From assembly GCF_009914755.1 (NCBI RefSeq), contig NC_060928.1: 64,000 nucleotides of DNA; one strand, 5' to 3'. Below the pieces are notes generated by a model. The model worked only from the letters and a program-made list of their open reading frames with translations, made no database searches and was not told the origin of the DNA. A program made the translations under genes and the position numbers. Shown here in pieces: positions 1 through 11,948 of this stretch. The stretch comes from the human T2T-CHM13v2.0 reference genome, Homo sapiens. Within the stretch, counting starts at the first letter, position 1; each line of letters begins with the position of its first letter.

Positions 1-3000
1 GTTTCTCCATGAGACAACTGCCCCTGCAGCAAACTTCTGCCTGGACATCCAGGCATTTCCGTATATCCTCAGAAACATAGGCAGAGGTTCCCAAACCTCA
101 ATTCTTGACTTCTGTGCACCTGCAAGCTTAACACCATATGGAAGCTGCCAAGGTTTTGTTTGCTCCCTCTGAAGCCATGGCCCAAGCTGTACCTTGGCCT
201 CTTTTAGTCATGGCTGGAGTGGCTGGAACACAGGGCACTAAGTCCCTATACTGCACACAGCACAGGGACCCTGGGCCTGGCCCAGGCCCATGAAACCATT
301 TTCTCTTCCTAGGCCTCCAGGCCTGTGATGGGAGGGCCTGCTGTGAAGACCTCTGACATTTCCTGGAGACATATTCCCCATTGTCTTGGGTATTAAATTT
401 TTTCTCCTTGTTACTTATGAAAATTTCTGTAGCCAGCTTGAATTATTCAGAAAATGGGATTTTCTTTTCTTTTTTTTTAATTACACTTTAAGTTCTAGGG
501 TACATGTGCACAACGTACAGGTTTGTTACATATATATACATGTGCCATGTTGGTGTTCTGCACCCATTAACTCATCATTTACATTAGGTATATCTCCGAA
601 CGCTATCTTTCCCACCTCCCCCCACCCCACAACAGGCCCCAATGTGTGATGTTCCCCTTCCTGTGTCCAAGAGTTCTCATTGTTCAATTCCCACCTATGA
701 GTGAGAACATGTGGTGGTTTGTTTTCCGTCCTTGTGATAGTTTGCTCAGAATGATGGTTTCCAGCTTCATCCATGTCCCTACAAAGGATATGAACTCATG
801 CTTTTTTATGTCTGCGTAGTCTTCCATGGTATATATATGCCACAATGTCTTAATCCAGTCTATCAATGATGGACATTTGGGTTGGTTCCAAGTCTTTGCT
901 ATTGTGAATAGTGCCTCAATAAACATACGTGTGCATGTGTCTTTATAACAGCATGATTTATAAGCCTTTGGGTATATACCCAGTAATGGGATGGCTGGGT
1001 CAAATGGTATTTCTAGTTCTAGATCCTTGAGGAATCTCCACACTGTCTTCCACAATGGTTGAACTAGTTTACAGTCCCACCAAGAGTGTAAAAGTGTTCC
1101 TATTTCTCCATATCCTCTCCAGCACCTGTTGTTTCCTGACTTTTTAATGATTCTCATTCTAACTGGTGTGAGATGGTATCTCATTGTGGTTTTGATTTGC
1201 ATTTCTCTGATGGCCAGTGATGATGAGCATTTTTTCATGTGTCTTTTGGCTGCATAAATGTCGTCTTTTGAGAAGTGTCTGTCCATATCCTTTGCCCACT
1301 TTTTGATGGGGTTGTTTGATTTTTTTTCTGGTAAGTTTAAGTTCCTTGTAGATTCTGGATATTAGCCCTTTGTCAGATGGGTAGATTGTAAAAATATTCT
1401 CCCATTCTGTAGGTTGCCTGTTCACTCTGATGGTGGTTTCTTTTGCTGTGCGGAAGCTCTTTAGTTTAACTAGATCCCATTTGTCAATTTTGGCTTCTGT
1501 TGCCATTGTTTTTGGTGTTTTAGACACGAAGTCCTTGCCTATGCCTATGTCCTGAATGGTATTGCCTAGGTTTTCTTCAAGGGTTTTTATGGTTTTAGGT
1601 CTAACGTTTAAGTCTTTAATCCATCTTGAATTAATTTTTGTATAAGGTGTAAGGAAGGGATACAGTTTCAGCTTTTACATATGGCTAGCCAGTTTTCCCA
1701 GCACCGTTTATTAAATAGGGAATCATTTCCCCATTTCTTGTTTTTGTTAGGTTTGTCAAATGTCAGATGGTTGTAGATGTGTGGTGTTATTTCTGAGGGC
1801 TCTGTTCTGTTCCATTGGTCTATAACACTGTTTTGGTACCAGTACCATGCTGTTTTCATTACTGTAGCCTTGTAGAGTAGTTTGAAGTCAGGTAGGGTGA
1901 TGCCTCTAGCTTTGTTCTTTTGGCTTAGGATTGTCTTGGCAATGCAGGCTCTTTTTTGGTTCCATATGAACTTTAAAGTAGTTTTTTCCAATACTGTGAA
2001 GTCATTTGTAGCTTGATGGGGATGGCATTGAATCTATAAATTATCTTGGACAGTATGGTCATTTTAATGATATTAATTTTTCATATCCATGAGCATGGAA
2101 TGTTCTTCTATTTGTTTCCTCTTTTATTTTGTTGATCAGTGGTTTGTAGTTCTTGAAGAGGTCCTTCACATCCCTCGTAAGTTGGATTCCTAGGTATTTT
2201 ATTCTCTTTGAAGGAATTGTGAATGGGAGTTCACTCATGATTTGGCTGTCTGTTATTGGTGTATAGGAATGCTTGTGATTTTTGCATATTGGTTTTATAT
2301 CCTGAGACTTTGCTGAAGTTGCTTATCAGCTTAAGATTTTGGGCTGAGACAATGGGGTTTTCTAAATAGACAATCACGTCATCTGCAAACAGGGACAATT
2401 TGACTTCCTTTTTTCCTAATTGAATACGTTTTATTTCTTTCTCCTGCCTGATTGCCCTGGCCAGAACTTCCAACACTATGTTGAGTAGGAGTGTTGAGAG
2501 AGAGCATCCCTGTCTTGTGCCAGTTTTCAAAGGGAATGCTTCCAGTTTTTGCCCATTCAGTGTGATATTGGCTGTGGGTTTGCCATAAATAGCTCTTACT
2601 ATTTTGAGATACATCCCTTCAATACCTACTTTATTGAGTTTTTAGCATGAAGCACTGATAAATGTTGTCAAAGGCCTTTTCTGCATCTATTGAGATAATG
2701 ACGTGGTTTTTGTCTTTGGTTCTGTTTATATGATGGATTCCGTTCATTGATTTGCATATGTTGCACCAGCCTTGCATCCCAGGGATGAAGCCAACTTGAT
2801 CATGGTGGATAAGACTTTTGATGTGCTGCTGGATTCAGTTTGCCGGTATTTTATTGAAGATTTTTACATCAATGTTCATCAGGAATATTGGTCTAAAATT
2901 CTTTTTTTGTTGTGTCTCTGCCAGGCTTTGGTATCAGGATGATGCTGGCCTCATAAAATGAGTTAGGGAGGATTCCCTCTTTTCATATTGATTGGAATAG

Positions 3001-6000
3001 TTTCAGAAGGAATGGTACCAGCTCCTCCTTGTACCTCTGGTAGAATTTGGCTGTGAATCCCTCTGGTCCTGGACTTTGGGACCTGGTAGGCTATTAATTA
3101 TTGCCTCAATTTCAGAGCCTGTTATTGTTCTATTCAGGGATTCAACTTCTTCCTGGTTTAGTCTTCGGAGGGTGTATGTGTCCACGAATTTATCCATTTC
3201 TTCTAGATTTTCTAGTTCATTTGTGTAGAGGTGTTTACAGTATTGTTGGAAGTTTGTATCTCTATGGGATTGGTGGTAATAATCTCCTTTAACATTTTTT
3301 ATTGTGTCTATTTGATTCTTCCCTTTTCTTAGTCTTGTCAGCAGTCTATCAATTTTGTTGATCTTTTCAAAAAACCACCTCCTGGATTCATTGCTTTTTT
3401 TTGAAGGGTTTTTTGTGTCTCTATCTCCTTCAGTTCTGCTCTGATCTTAGTTGTTTCTTGCCTTCTGCTAGCTTTTGAATGTGTTTGCTCTTGCTTCTCT
3501 AGTTCTTTTAATTGTGATGTTAGGGTGTCAATTTTAGATCTTTCCTGCTTTCTCTTGTGGGCATTTAGTGCTATAAATTTCCCTCTACTCACTGCTTTAA
3601 ATGTGTCCCAGAGATTCTGGTGTGTTGTATCTTTGTTCTCATAGGCTTCAAAGAACATCTTTACTTCTGCCTTCCTTTTGTTATGTACCCAGTTGTCATT
3701 CAGGAGCAGGTTTTTCAGTTTCCATGCAGTTGAGTGCTTTTGAGTGAGTTTCTTAATCCTGAGTTCTAATTTGATTGCCCTGTGGTCTGAGAGACAGTTT
3801 GTTATAATATCTGTTCTTTTACATTTGCTGAGGAATGCTTTACTTCCAACTATGTGATCAATTTTGGAAGAAGTACGATGTGGTGCTGAGAAGAATGTAT
3901 GTATATTCTGTTGATTTGGGGTGGAGAGTTCTGTAGATGTCTATTAGTTCTGCTTGGTGCAGAGCTGAGTTCAAATTCTGGATGTCCTTTTTAACTTTGT
4001 CTTGTTGATCTGTCTAATGTTGACAGTGCGGTGTTAAAGTCTCCCATTATTATTGTGTGGGAGTCTAAGTGTCTTTGTGGTCTCTCAGGACTTGCTTTAT
4101 GAATCTGGGTGCTCCTGTATTTGGTACATATGTATTTAGAATAGTTAGCTCTTCTTGTTGAATTGATCCCTTTACCATTATGTAATGTTCTTCTTTGTCT
4201 CTTTTGCTCTTTGTTGGTTTAAAGTCCTTTATCACAGACTGGGATTACAACCCCTGCTATTTTTGTTTTCCATTTGCTTGGTAGCTCCTCCTCCATCCCT
4301 TTATTTTGAGACTATGTGTGTCTCTGCACATGAGATGGGTTTCCTGAATATGGCACACTGATGGGTCTTGACTCTTTATCCAATCTGCCAGACTGTGACT
4401 TTTAGTTGGAGCATTTAGCCCATTTACATTTAAGGTTAATATTGTTATGTGTGAATTTGATCCTGTCATTATGATATTAGCTAGTTATTTTGCCCATTAC
4501 TTGATGCAGTTTCTTCCTAGCATTGATGGTCTTTTCAATTTGGCATGTTTTTGCAGTGGCTGGTACTGGTTGTTCCTTTCCATGTTTAGTCCTTCCTTCA
4601 GGAGCTCTTGTAAGGTAGTTCTGCTGGTGAGAGAATCTCTCAGCATTTGCTTGTCTGTAAAGGATTTTATTTCTCCTTCACTTATGAAGTTTAGTTTGGC
4701 TGGATATGAAATTCTGGATTGTAAATTCTTTTCTTTAAGAATGTTGAATATTGTCCCCCACTCTCTTCTGGCTTGTAGAATTTCTGCCGAGAGATTGGCT
4801 GTTAGTCTGATGGGCTTCCCTTTGTGGGTAATCTGACCTTCCTCTCTGGCTGCCCTTAATATTTTTCCTTCATTTTAACTTTGGTGAATCTGACAATTAT
4901 GTGTCTTGGTGTTGCTCTTTTCAAGGAGTATCTTCGTGGGTGTTCTCTGCATTTCCTTAATTTGAATGTTGGCATGCCTTGCTAGGTTGGGGAAGTTCTC
5001 CTGGATAATATCCTGAAGAGTGTTTTCCAACTTGGTTCATTCTCCCTGTCACTTTCACATACACCAATCAGACATAGACTTGGTCTTTTCACATAGTCCC
5101 ATATTTCTTGGAGGCTTTGTTCATTTCTTTTTACTCTTTTTTCTCTAAACTTCTCTTCTCACTTAATTTCATTCATTTGATCTTCAATCACTGATACCCT
5201 TTCTTCCACTTGATCAAATTGGTTACTGAAGCTTGTGCATGCGTCCAAGTAGTTCTCTTGCCATGGTTTTCAGCTCCATCAGGTCATTTAAGGTCTTCTC
5301 TATGCTGTTTGTTCTAGTTAGCCATTCACCTAATCTTTTTTTAAGTGTTTTAGCTTCTTTGTGATGGGTTCGAACATCCCCCTTCAGCTTGGAGAAGTTT
5401 GTTATTACTGATTTTCTGAAGCCTTCTTCTCTCAATTCATCAAAGTCATTCTCCTTCCAGCTTTGTTCCATTGCTGGCAAGGAGCTGCCTTCCTTTGGAG
5501 GAGAAATGGTGCTCTGATTTTTAGAATTTTCAGCTTTTCTGGTCTGGTTTCTTCTCATCTTTGTAGTTTTTATCTACCTTTGGTCTTTGATGGTGACATA
5601 CAGATAGGGTTTTGGTGTTGATATCCTTTCTGTTTGTTAGTTTTCCTTCTAACAGTCAGGACCCTCAGCTGCAGGTCTGTTGGAGTTTGCCGGAGGTCCC
5701 CTCCAGACCCTGTTTGCCTGGGAGGCTGCGGAGGCTGCAGAACAGCAACTATTGCGGAATGGCAAATGTTGCTGCCTGATCCTTCCTCTGGAAGCTTTGT
5801 CTCAGAGGGGCATCCGATGGTGTGAGGTGTCAGTGGGCCCCTACTGGGAGGTGTCTCCCAGTTAGGCTACTTGGGGATCAGGGACCCACTTGAGGAGGCA
5901 GGCTGTCCATTGTCAGATCTCAAACTCCATGCTGGGAGAACCACTACTCTCTTCAAAGCTGTCAGACAGGGACATTTAAGTCTGCAGAAGCTTCTGCTGC

Positions 6001-7409
6001 CTTTTGTTCATCTATGTCCTGCCCCCAAAGTTGGAGACTTCAGAGGCAGGCAGGCCTCCTTGAGCTGTGGTTGGCTCCACCCAGTTTGAGCTTCCTGGCC
6101 ACTTTGTTTACCTACTCAACCCTCAGCAATGGCGGACTCCCCTCCCCCAGCCTCATTGCTGCCTTGTAGTTCAATCTCAGACAGCTGTGCTAGCGGTGAG
6201 CGAGGCTCCATGAACGTGGGGCCCTCCAAGCCAGGCGTCTGATATAGTCTCCTGGTGTGCCTTTTGCTAAGACCATTGGAAAAGCTCAGTAGTAGGGTGG
6301 GAGTGTCCCAATTTTCCAAGTACCATCTGTCACAGCTTCCGTCTTCTAGGAAAGGGAATTCCCCAACCCCTTGCACTTCCCAGGTGAGGTGATGCCCCAC
6401 CCTGCTTTGGCTCACACTCCGTGGACTGCACCCACTGTCTGACAAGCCCCAGTGAGATGAACCCGGTACCTCAGTTGGAAATAGAGAAATCACCAGTCTT
6501 CTGTGTTCACGCTGGGAGCTATAGACTGGAGCTGTTCCTATTCGGCCATCTTAGAACCAGACCAAATGGGACTTTCTCTTCTTTCATATTGCCTGACTGC
6601 AAATTTTCTGAACTTTCATGCTCTCCTTCCCTTGTAAAACTGAATTCCTTTAACAGCACCCAAGTCACCTCTTGAATGCTTTGCTGCTTAGAAACTTCTG
6701 CCAGATACCCTAAATCATCTCTCAAGTTCAAAGTTCCACAAATCTCTAGGGCAGGGACAAAATGCCACCAGTCTCTTTGCTGAAACATAACAAGAGTCAC
6801 TTTTGCTCCAGCTCCCAACAAGTTCCTCATCTCCATCTGAGACCACCTCAGCCTGGACCTTATTGTTTATATAACTGTCAGCTTTTTTGTCAATGCCATT
6901 CAATAGGTCTCCAGGAAGTTCCAAACTTTCCCATTTTCTTGTCTTCTGAGCCCCCCAGACTGTACCAACGTCTGTCTGTTCTCAGGTCCAAAATTGCTTC
7001 CATATTTTCAGGTATGTTTTCAGCAACACCCCACTCTACTGGTACCAATTTAGTGTATTGGTCCGTTTTCATGCTGTTGATAGAGATATACCTGAGACTG
7101 AGCAATTTACAAGAGAAAGAGGTATATTTGACTCACTGTCCCACGTGGCTGGGGAGGTTTCACAATCATGGCAGAAGGTAAAAGGCACATCTCACATGGC
7201 AACAGACAAGAGAAGAGAGGCTGTGCAGATAAACTCCCCTTCTTGAAACCAAGTCTCATGAGATTCATTCACTATCACAAGAACAGTGCAGGAAAGACCT
7301 GCCTCCATAATTCAATCACCTCCTGCTGGGTTCCTCCCATGATGCATGGGAGTTGTGGGAGTTACAATTCAGGATGAGATATATGTGAGAACACAGCCAA
7401 ACCATATCA
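1..7409 (-). mobile_element. THE1 (MaLR) element: internal sequence (1-~470 and 6564-7053) plus 5' LTR (7054-7409), split by a full-length L1
   Basis: The minus strand at 7409 begins TGATATGGTTTGGCTGTGTTC (THE1 LTR start). The LTR ends at 7054 next to the MaLR internal junction ctactggtaccaattta. THE1-int sequence continues on both sides of the L1. Confidence 0.9.
471..6563 (-). mobile_element. Full-length LINE-1 (L1PA5/6-like), ORF1 and ORF2 disrupted
   Basis: The 5' end reads GGTTCTAAGATGGCCGAATAGGAACAGCTCC. ORF1 fragments (5223-5558), ORF2 endonuclease (MTGSNSHITILTLNVNGLN, 4257-4469), RT (SLFADD) and C-terminus (684-1286) are present. The T-rich tail is at ~465-480. Imperfect TSD aaatgggattttcttttct (452-470) / aaatgggactttctcttct (6564-6582). 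Confidence 0.96.
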
Positions 7410-7429
7410 ATACACATGCCTGCATTTTA

Positions 7430-8573
7430 CTCCTTATATTCTGTGAACATAAGAACTCCAGTCGGCAACAAAATTTTGTTCACCAGCTTGCCTGGAACTG
7501 CTAACTTTTATTGCATTCCTTTTAGTAACTTCCCTACACTTCCTGCTAGCACTCCAATCTTCCTTTCTAAAGAAAATCCTTGCTCTTGATTCTTTCCGGA
7601 GACTATGCTTATACTTAATTTCCCTCAAAGTGTAATCAGTATGAACCCTACTATGTACCTTACCACTTCAAAAACAAAAATCTTTTCAGTGTATCTTAGA
7701 TACTTCTATTCAGTACATACGGAGCTACCTAAATTGGAGTTCTCCCAAGGCAGAATCTGAGCACAGGTGTTGACCTCCTTTCCCAAGGTAGAATCTTTCT
7801 AGTTGATGTGTGATAGAGAACGGTAAGGTCCTCTGTTTGCCTTATTTGCCAAAACAAATATCTAGTCTATTGGCAGTAGCCCACATGTCAGTACAAAAAT
7901 ATTTGGTATAATTGGAGGTTTCCCTGTCTGAGCACTGTCACAACATGAGGAATACAGCACACTGGCCCAGCAACTTCTACAGTAGTCAATCTTGCTTGCA
8001 CCTGCCCAGATTGAACCCTTCAGTTAATCAGCTGCTTTGTTTAACCAAGCTCAGTCACAGTTCCTTGAAGTTAGACTTTTTAGGCATCTGCCTCAAGTCC
8101 AAAAGACTTAGACGGCCAGCTTTTGTAATTCTATAGTATATGCAAGTTAAGCCTTGGGTAAGCAATTATCCAAATAAGGTAATGTAGCTGGGCATGGTGG
8201 CTCATGCCTGTAATCCCAGCACTTTGGGAGGCAGAGATGAGCAGATCACTTGAAGTCAGGAGTTTGAGATCACCTTAGCCAACATAGTGAAATCCCGTCT
8301 CTACTAAAAATCAACCAGACATGGTGGTGCATGCCTGTAATCCCAGCTACACAGGACGCTGAGGCAAGAGTCACCTGAACCCGGGAGACGGAGGTTGGAG
8401 TGAGCTGAGATCATGTTACTGTGCTCCAGCTTGGGCGACAAAGCAAGACTCCATCTAAAAGTAGCATAACACAAATGACTGGTTTGGGAGTTTATAGAAG
8501 TCTTAGAATTCTATTACTGTATGTAAGACATACATTGCTATTGTAGATAAAGCTAGCAAAAGTAAGAAGTCTT
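7430..8573 (+). pseudogene. EBLN lineage a, copy 1 (decayed bornavirus-like nucleoprotein; continues at 23250-23390 after the ERV insertion)
   Basis: With the Alu and ERV removed, the plus frame reads SLG*AIIQIR*..SITQMTGLG...AKVRSLLYMSLQLK, versus BoDV [22 protein letters not shown]...YEIRDFLEVSAKLK. N-terminal SLPGTANFY versus KLPGKFLQY. By-eye alignment. Confidence 0.55.
8186..8460 (+). mobile_element. Alu (AluS-like), diverged
   Basis: gctgggcatggtggctcatgcctgtaatcccagcactttgggagg ... gactccatctaaaa. Absent from the paralogous positions. Confidence 0.95.
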
Positions 8574-11500
8574 TTTGTTTTGTTTTAAGGAGCAGGGAGT
8601 TTAATAGGCAAGAAAGAAGGGGGAAGAAAGACACTCCCCTGTACAGAGACAGGGAGGGGGGCTCCAAAGCCAAGAGATGAAACCCCAAGTGCAGTGGACA
8701 CCAGCCAGGTGTATATGCAGAGGCTGGAGAAGGTGGCATCTGATTTGCATAGGGCTCAGGGCCCTCCTACCCTAACTTTTTAATACGCAAATCCAGGGTG
8801 CCATGATGTTCTACATACATAGGGATATGTGGGGGCAGCCAGGTTGCCAGGAACATATGGGGAAAGGTCAAGAAGGCCACGGGAATTGCCATGTTTGGGT
8901 GGACCCAGTTTTTAACAGCTGACATTTGCATATCAAAGGTTGCCTGCCTGGCTGTACGAGCTGGGGCTTTAAAAGAAACTTTAGCGGAGATGCTTTAAAA
9001 ATTGAAAACTTCTCAAGGACCCCTTTCCTTTCTACCTGCCTAAAATAATTTCTTAACTCCTACCACATTCCTCCCTGTGGCAATATCACACTAACTGCTG
9101 TTAGGGGGTTTTGGGCGATGACTCTTTCTGGCTACTTCCTGTTAAAAAGGGGCATCAAATGGGGAACAGCAGCTACGGCTCAACCTGGGGTTGACCTAAG
9201 GGTCCTCAGAAGAATGATGTGTCAATGTGTGGTTCACACATTGTTTGCAGCACCATTTGGAGTTTGATTGCTTTTAGGCAAGAAGAAACAATTCAAGTTA
9301 TAGTATTGAGTACACAGGGTCCAAATGTCAACATAAGCCATATAAGCAAGAGAGGGCTTAATAAGGGGGTTAACCAATTCCATAAAGAAGACTTTAATTT
9401 ATTAAAGAGGGATTGTAGCTACTCAGGGCTGAAGCTGGCATTTTCCCTGAGCCTGTTAATTCTGATTTGATTTTTAAGTACTTGCAGGTTTTCCTCTATT
9501 TAAGTAGAGGTGTTAATCCAGAAGGGGTATGTTTCATTTAAAAGTGCATTACTGAACTCAATAAAAAGTCTTAGCATACTCAGCGACAGTAAAACTCTTA
9601 TGCTTTTTTTGTTAGTAACCATTATTCCTGCTAATAAGGATAATTAAGCAAAATATGACAGCAATGGAAACTGTCCAATATTTCAATTAGAAGCTGCTAC
9701 TCTGTATAACCCTATTGCAAATAGTAGAGTGAGCATAGCAATTTCTACAAATGTGGTGTAGTAATTTCCATCTAAAATTTTATTTGCCAAGATATACAAT
9801 TTCCCTTTGGGGGTTTATGAAGTTCCTTAGTTTTATTTTCCCAAACAAAGGAACTTCAATTTATGGGCATCCTACTCACTTTTATTACCTGCAGAATTTG
9901 CAGGATAATTGCCCAGAACCAGTATATTGATTCAGATTTTTACATTACCCATCCCTTTTTCTTTTTTCCAAGCTGCAGAAGATCAACACTTGATTTACAG
10001 GAATAAGCAGAGTTAGTCTAAAATTTTGGCAAAAAGCTTAAAAACAGACTAGGATTTAATGACAAATGTATGATAAGCTTTGCAGCACAGTTTCTGTCCA
10101 GTCCTCATTTTTGGGAAAAACAAAGTATAGGGCTGTGTGTGTTGTTTATAGAATAAACTTTAGTCTTATACTTGGCCTGATTGTTTGCATAAAGTACAGC
10201 AAGAATGGTTATTTCTAATTTCAGATAAGACTTTAAGGCTGAGCCCAGCCATGGGTTTGTATCCTCCAATACCTGTGAGTTGGGTGAGTCTCTCATCTTG
10301 AGGTCCTAAGATAAACTCAGAGTTTCCAGACCTGTTAGAAAGTGACATTCTTTACTGACCACAGGTTACGAATCCTGTGCGGGGACTGCGTAGTACATAA
10401 GATATTAAGTCAGTTCTCCCCCAAGGGGCTTTTATTGGTTTTGCGTGTCAAGCTTGATTCCTTAAAGGAAACACACCCTTTCAGTCAAAGCCTTGGTAAA
10501 ATAACCAGTTTTTCCAATTGTGTCCTGTTGACACAATTGCTTTTAATTCTTGGGGTTTCATGAATAAAATAGTTTTTTTTTTTTTTTTTCAAAATGTGGT
10601 ATGTGGCACCTCCTGTTTTCCCAAGGAGCTCTATGCTACCAGAAGTTATTTTAGGACCTCTCATGCATGATTAAGAGTGGTGTAAGACAAAAAATGGAGA
10701 AAAATAATTCCGTTGACTGAGAAGAAAAGAGCCTTTCTCCAGAAAAACAAGATCCAAGAAGAGAAAAACATAAAAGCCTTTTAAATATACCTATAACTTG
10801 AATATACACCCTTAATTAAGCTGAACACTCTTTAAGAAAATCCTTTTAAATCCCTTGTTACTTGACTTTAGCCATACCAAGCAGTTAAGATTTTTGGCTT
10901 TTGAACTTTACAAAAAGTAATCTTACAGGTGAAACCGATGAGATTTAATTAGATTATTACTTAATGGCAAGTGTACAAGGTATTTTTAAAGGGGTGATAG
11001 GCAGCTTTTGAAACTATTATTTCAAAATTGTGACTGAGACAGTGAAAGAGACCTGACCCAAACAACTTCATTTTGTTTCCAGCCCCCAAGCTGTCCTTGC
11101 CCATCCCTGGGAGTAGGCTGAACCAACTTTGGGAGGAGCCTGGTTTACAGTCTATAGTTTAAAACAAAGATAACAACTGCTTCCCAAGATATACTTCCTC
11201 TTGCCTGGGGACCAGACCCAGTAAATAGCCACAAGATTAGAAACTATGGCCCAGGAGCCATGCAGCTGGAGGCTACAAGACTTTGGCCCTTGCTAAATAG
11301 CTCTTAAGATCAGTGCTTAAGATTTTGTAAACTCTGCCTTTGATGGACCAGCTGGCACCACCCAGATTGACAAACTGGCTTATATGATTTAGCACAAGAA
11401 GATAGCCACCATTGTAAAATGGCAGAGACTAAAAGTATTGCCACACAGTTACAGGTCATGTTCCCAAGGCCATGAAACAAGATGGAGGCCTTAGCCAAGT

Positions 11501-11918
11501 TTATTACTGATAATTTTGTTGGGCTGGCTTCAACAGCAGGCTTTATGGGATTCTGGATGTCAGAAACCCTTTCCCTTGAGGAGAATAGGAATCTGACAAG
11601 CCCCCAGATTTTTTAGAAACAAATGCTCGGGGTTGCAAAGTGAAACCAGCACTCAGGCAAAAAGTTTTCTCAGCAAGGCAATTTACTTCTGCAGAAGGGT
11701 GCTGCCTGCATCAGCCAGATCACAAGAGCACACTGAACAAAGAAGAGTTTTTATCCCTAACACAGTCTCTATCCCTGTGTCCTTCCCCTATTGGCTAGGG
11801 TTGGACTGCACAATGTAACCTGATGCTGATTGGCTAAGACTTAAACTTGTCCAAATAGGGTAAATGCATGATTTGTAAGGGAGGGAAGGTGTGGGAGTCG
11901 TCCCTTTGCTGCAGTGCA

Positions 11919-11948
11919 AGGCATGTTCAGACATGTCTAGGCAAGTCA
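11919..11948. promoter_or_regulatory. p53 response element in the 3' LTR10
   Basis: AGGCATGTTC AGACATGTCT AGGCAAGTCA: two perfect RRRCWWGYYY half-sites with no spacer plus a near-perfect third. Confidence 0.75.

Noticed and set aside
4447-4836. Plus-strand ORFs within L1 and ERV elements
   Set aside because: These are antisense frames of retroelement coding sequence.
11030-11410. LTR8/MER4-group LTR-like segment as a separate insertion
   Set aside because: I see no clear termini or TSD; it is probably part of the mosaic internal sequence of the host ERV.
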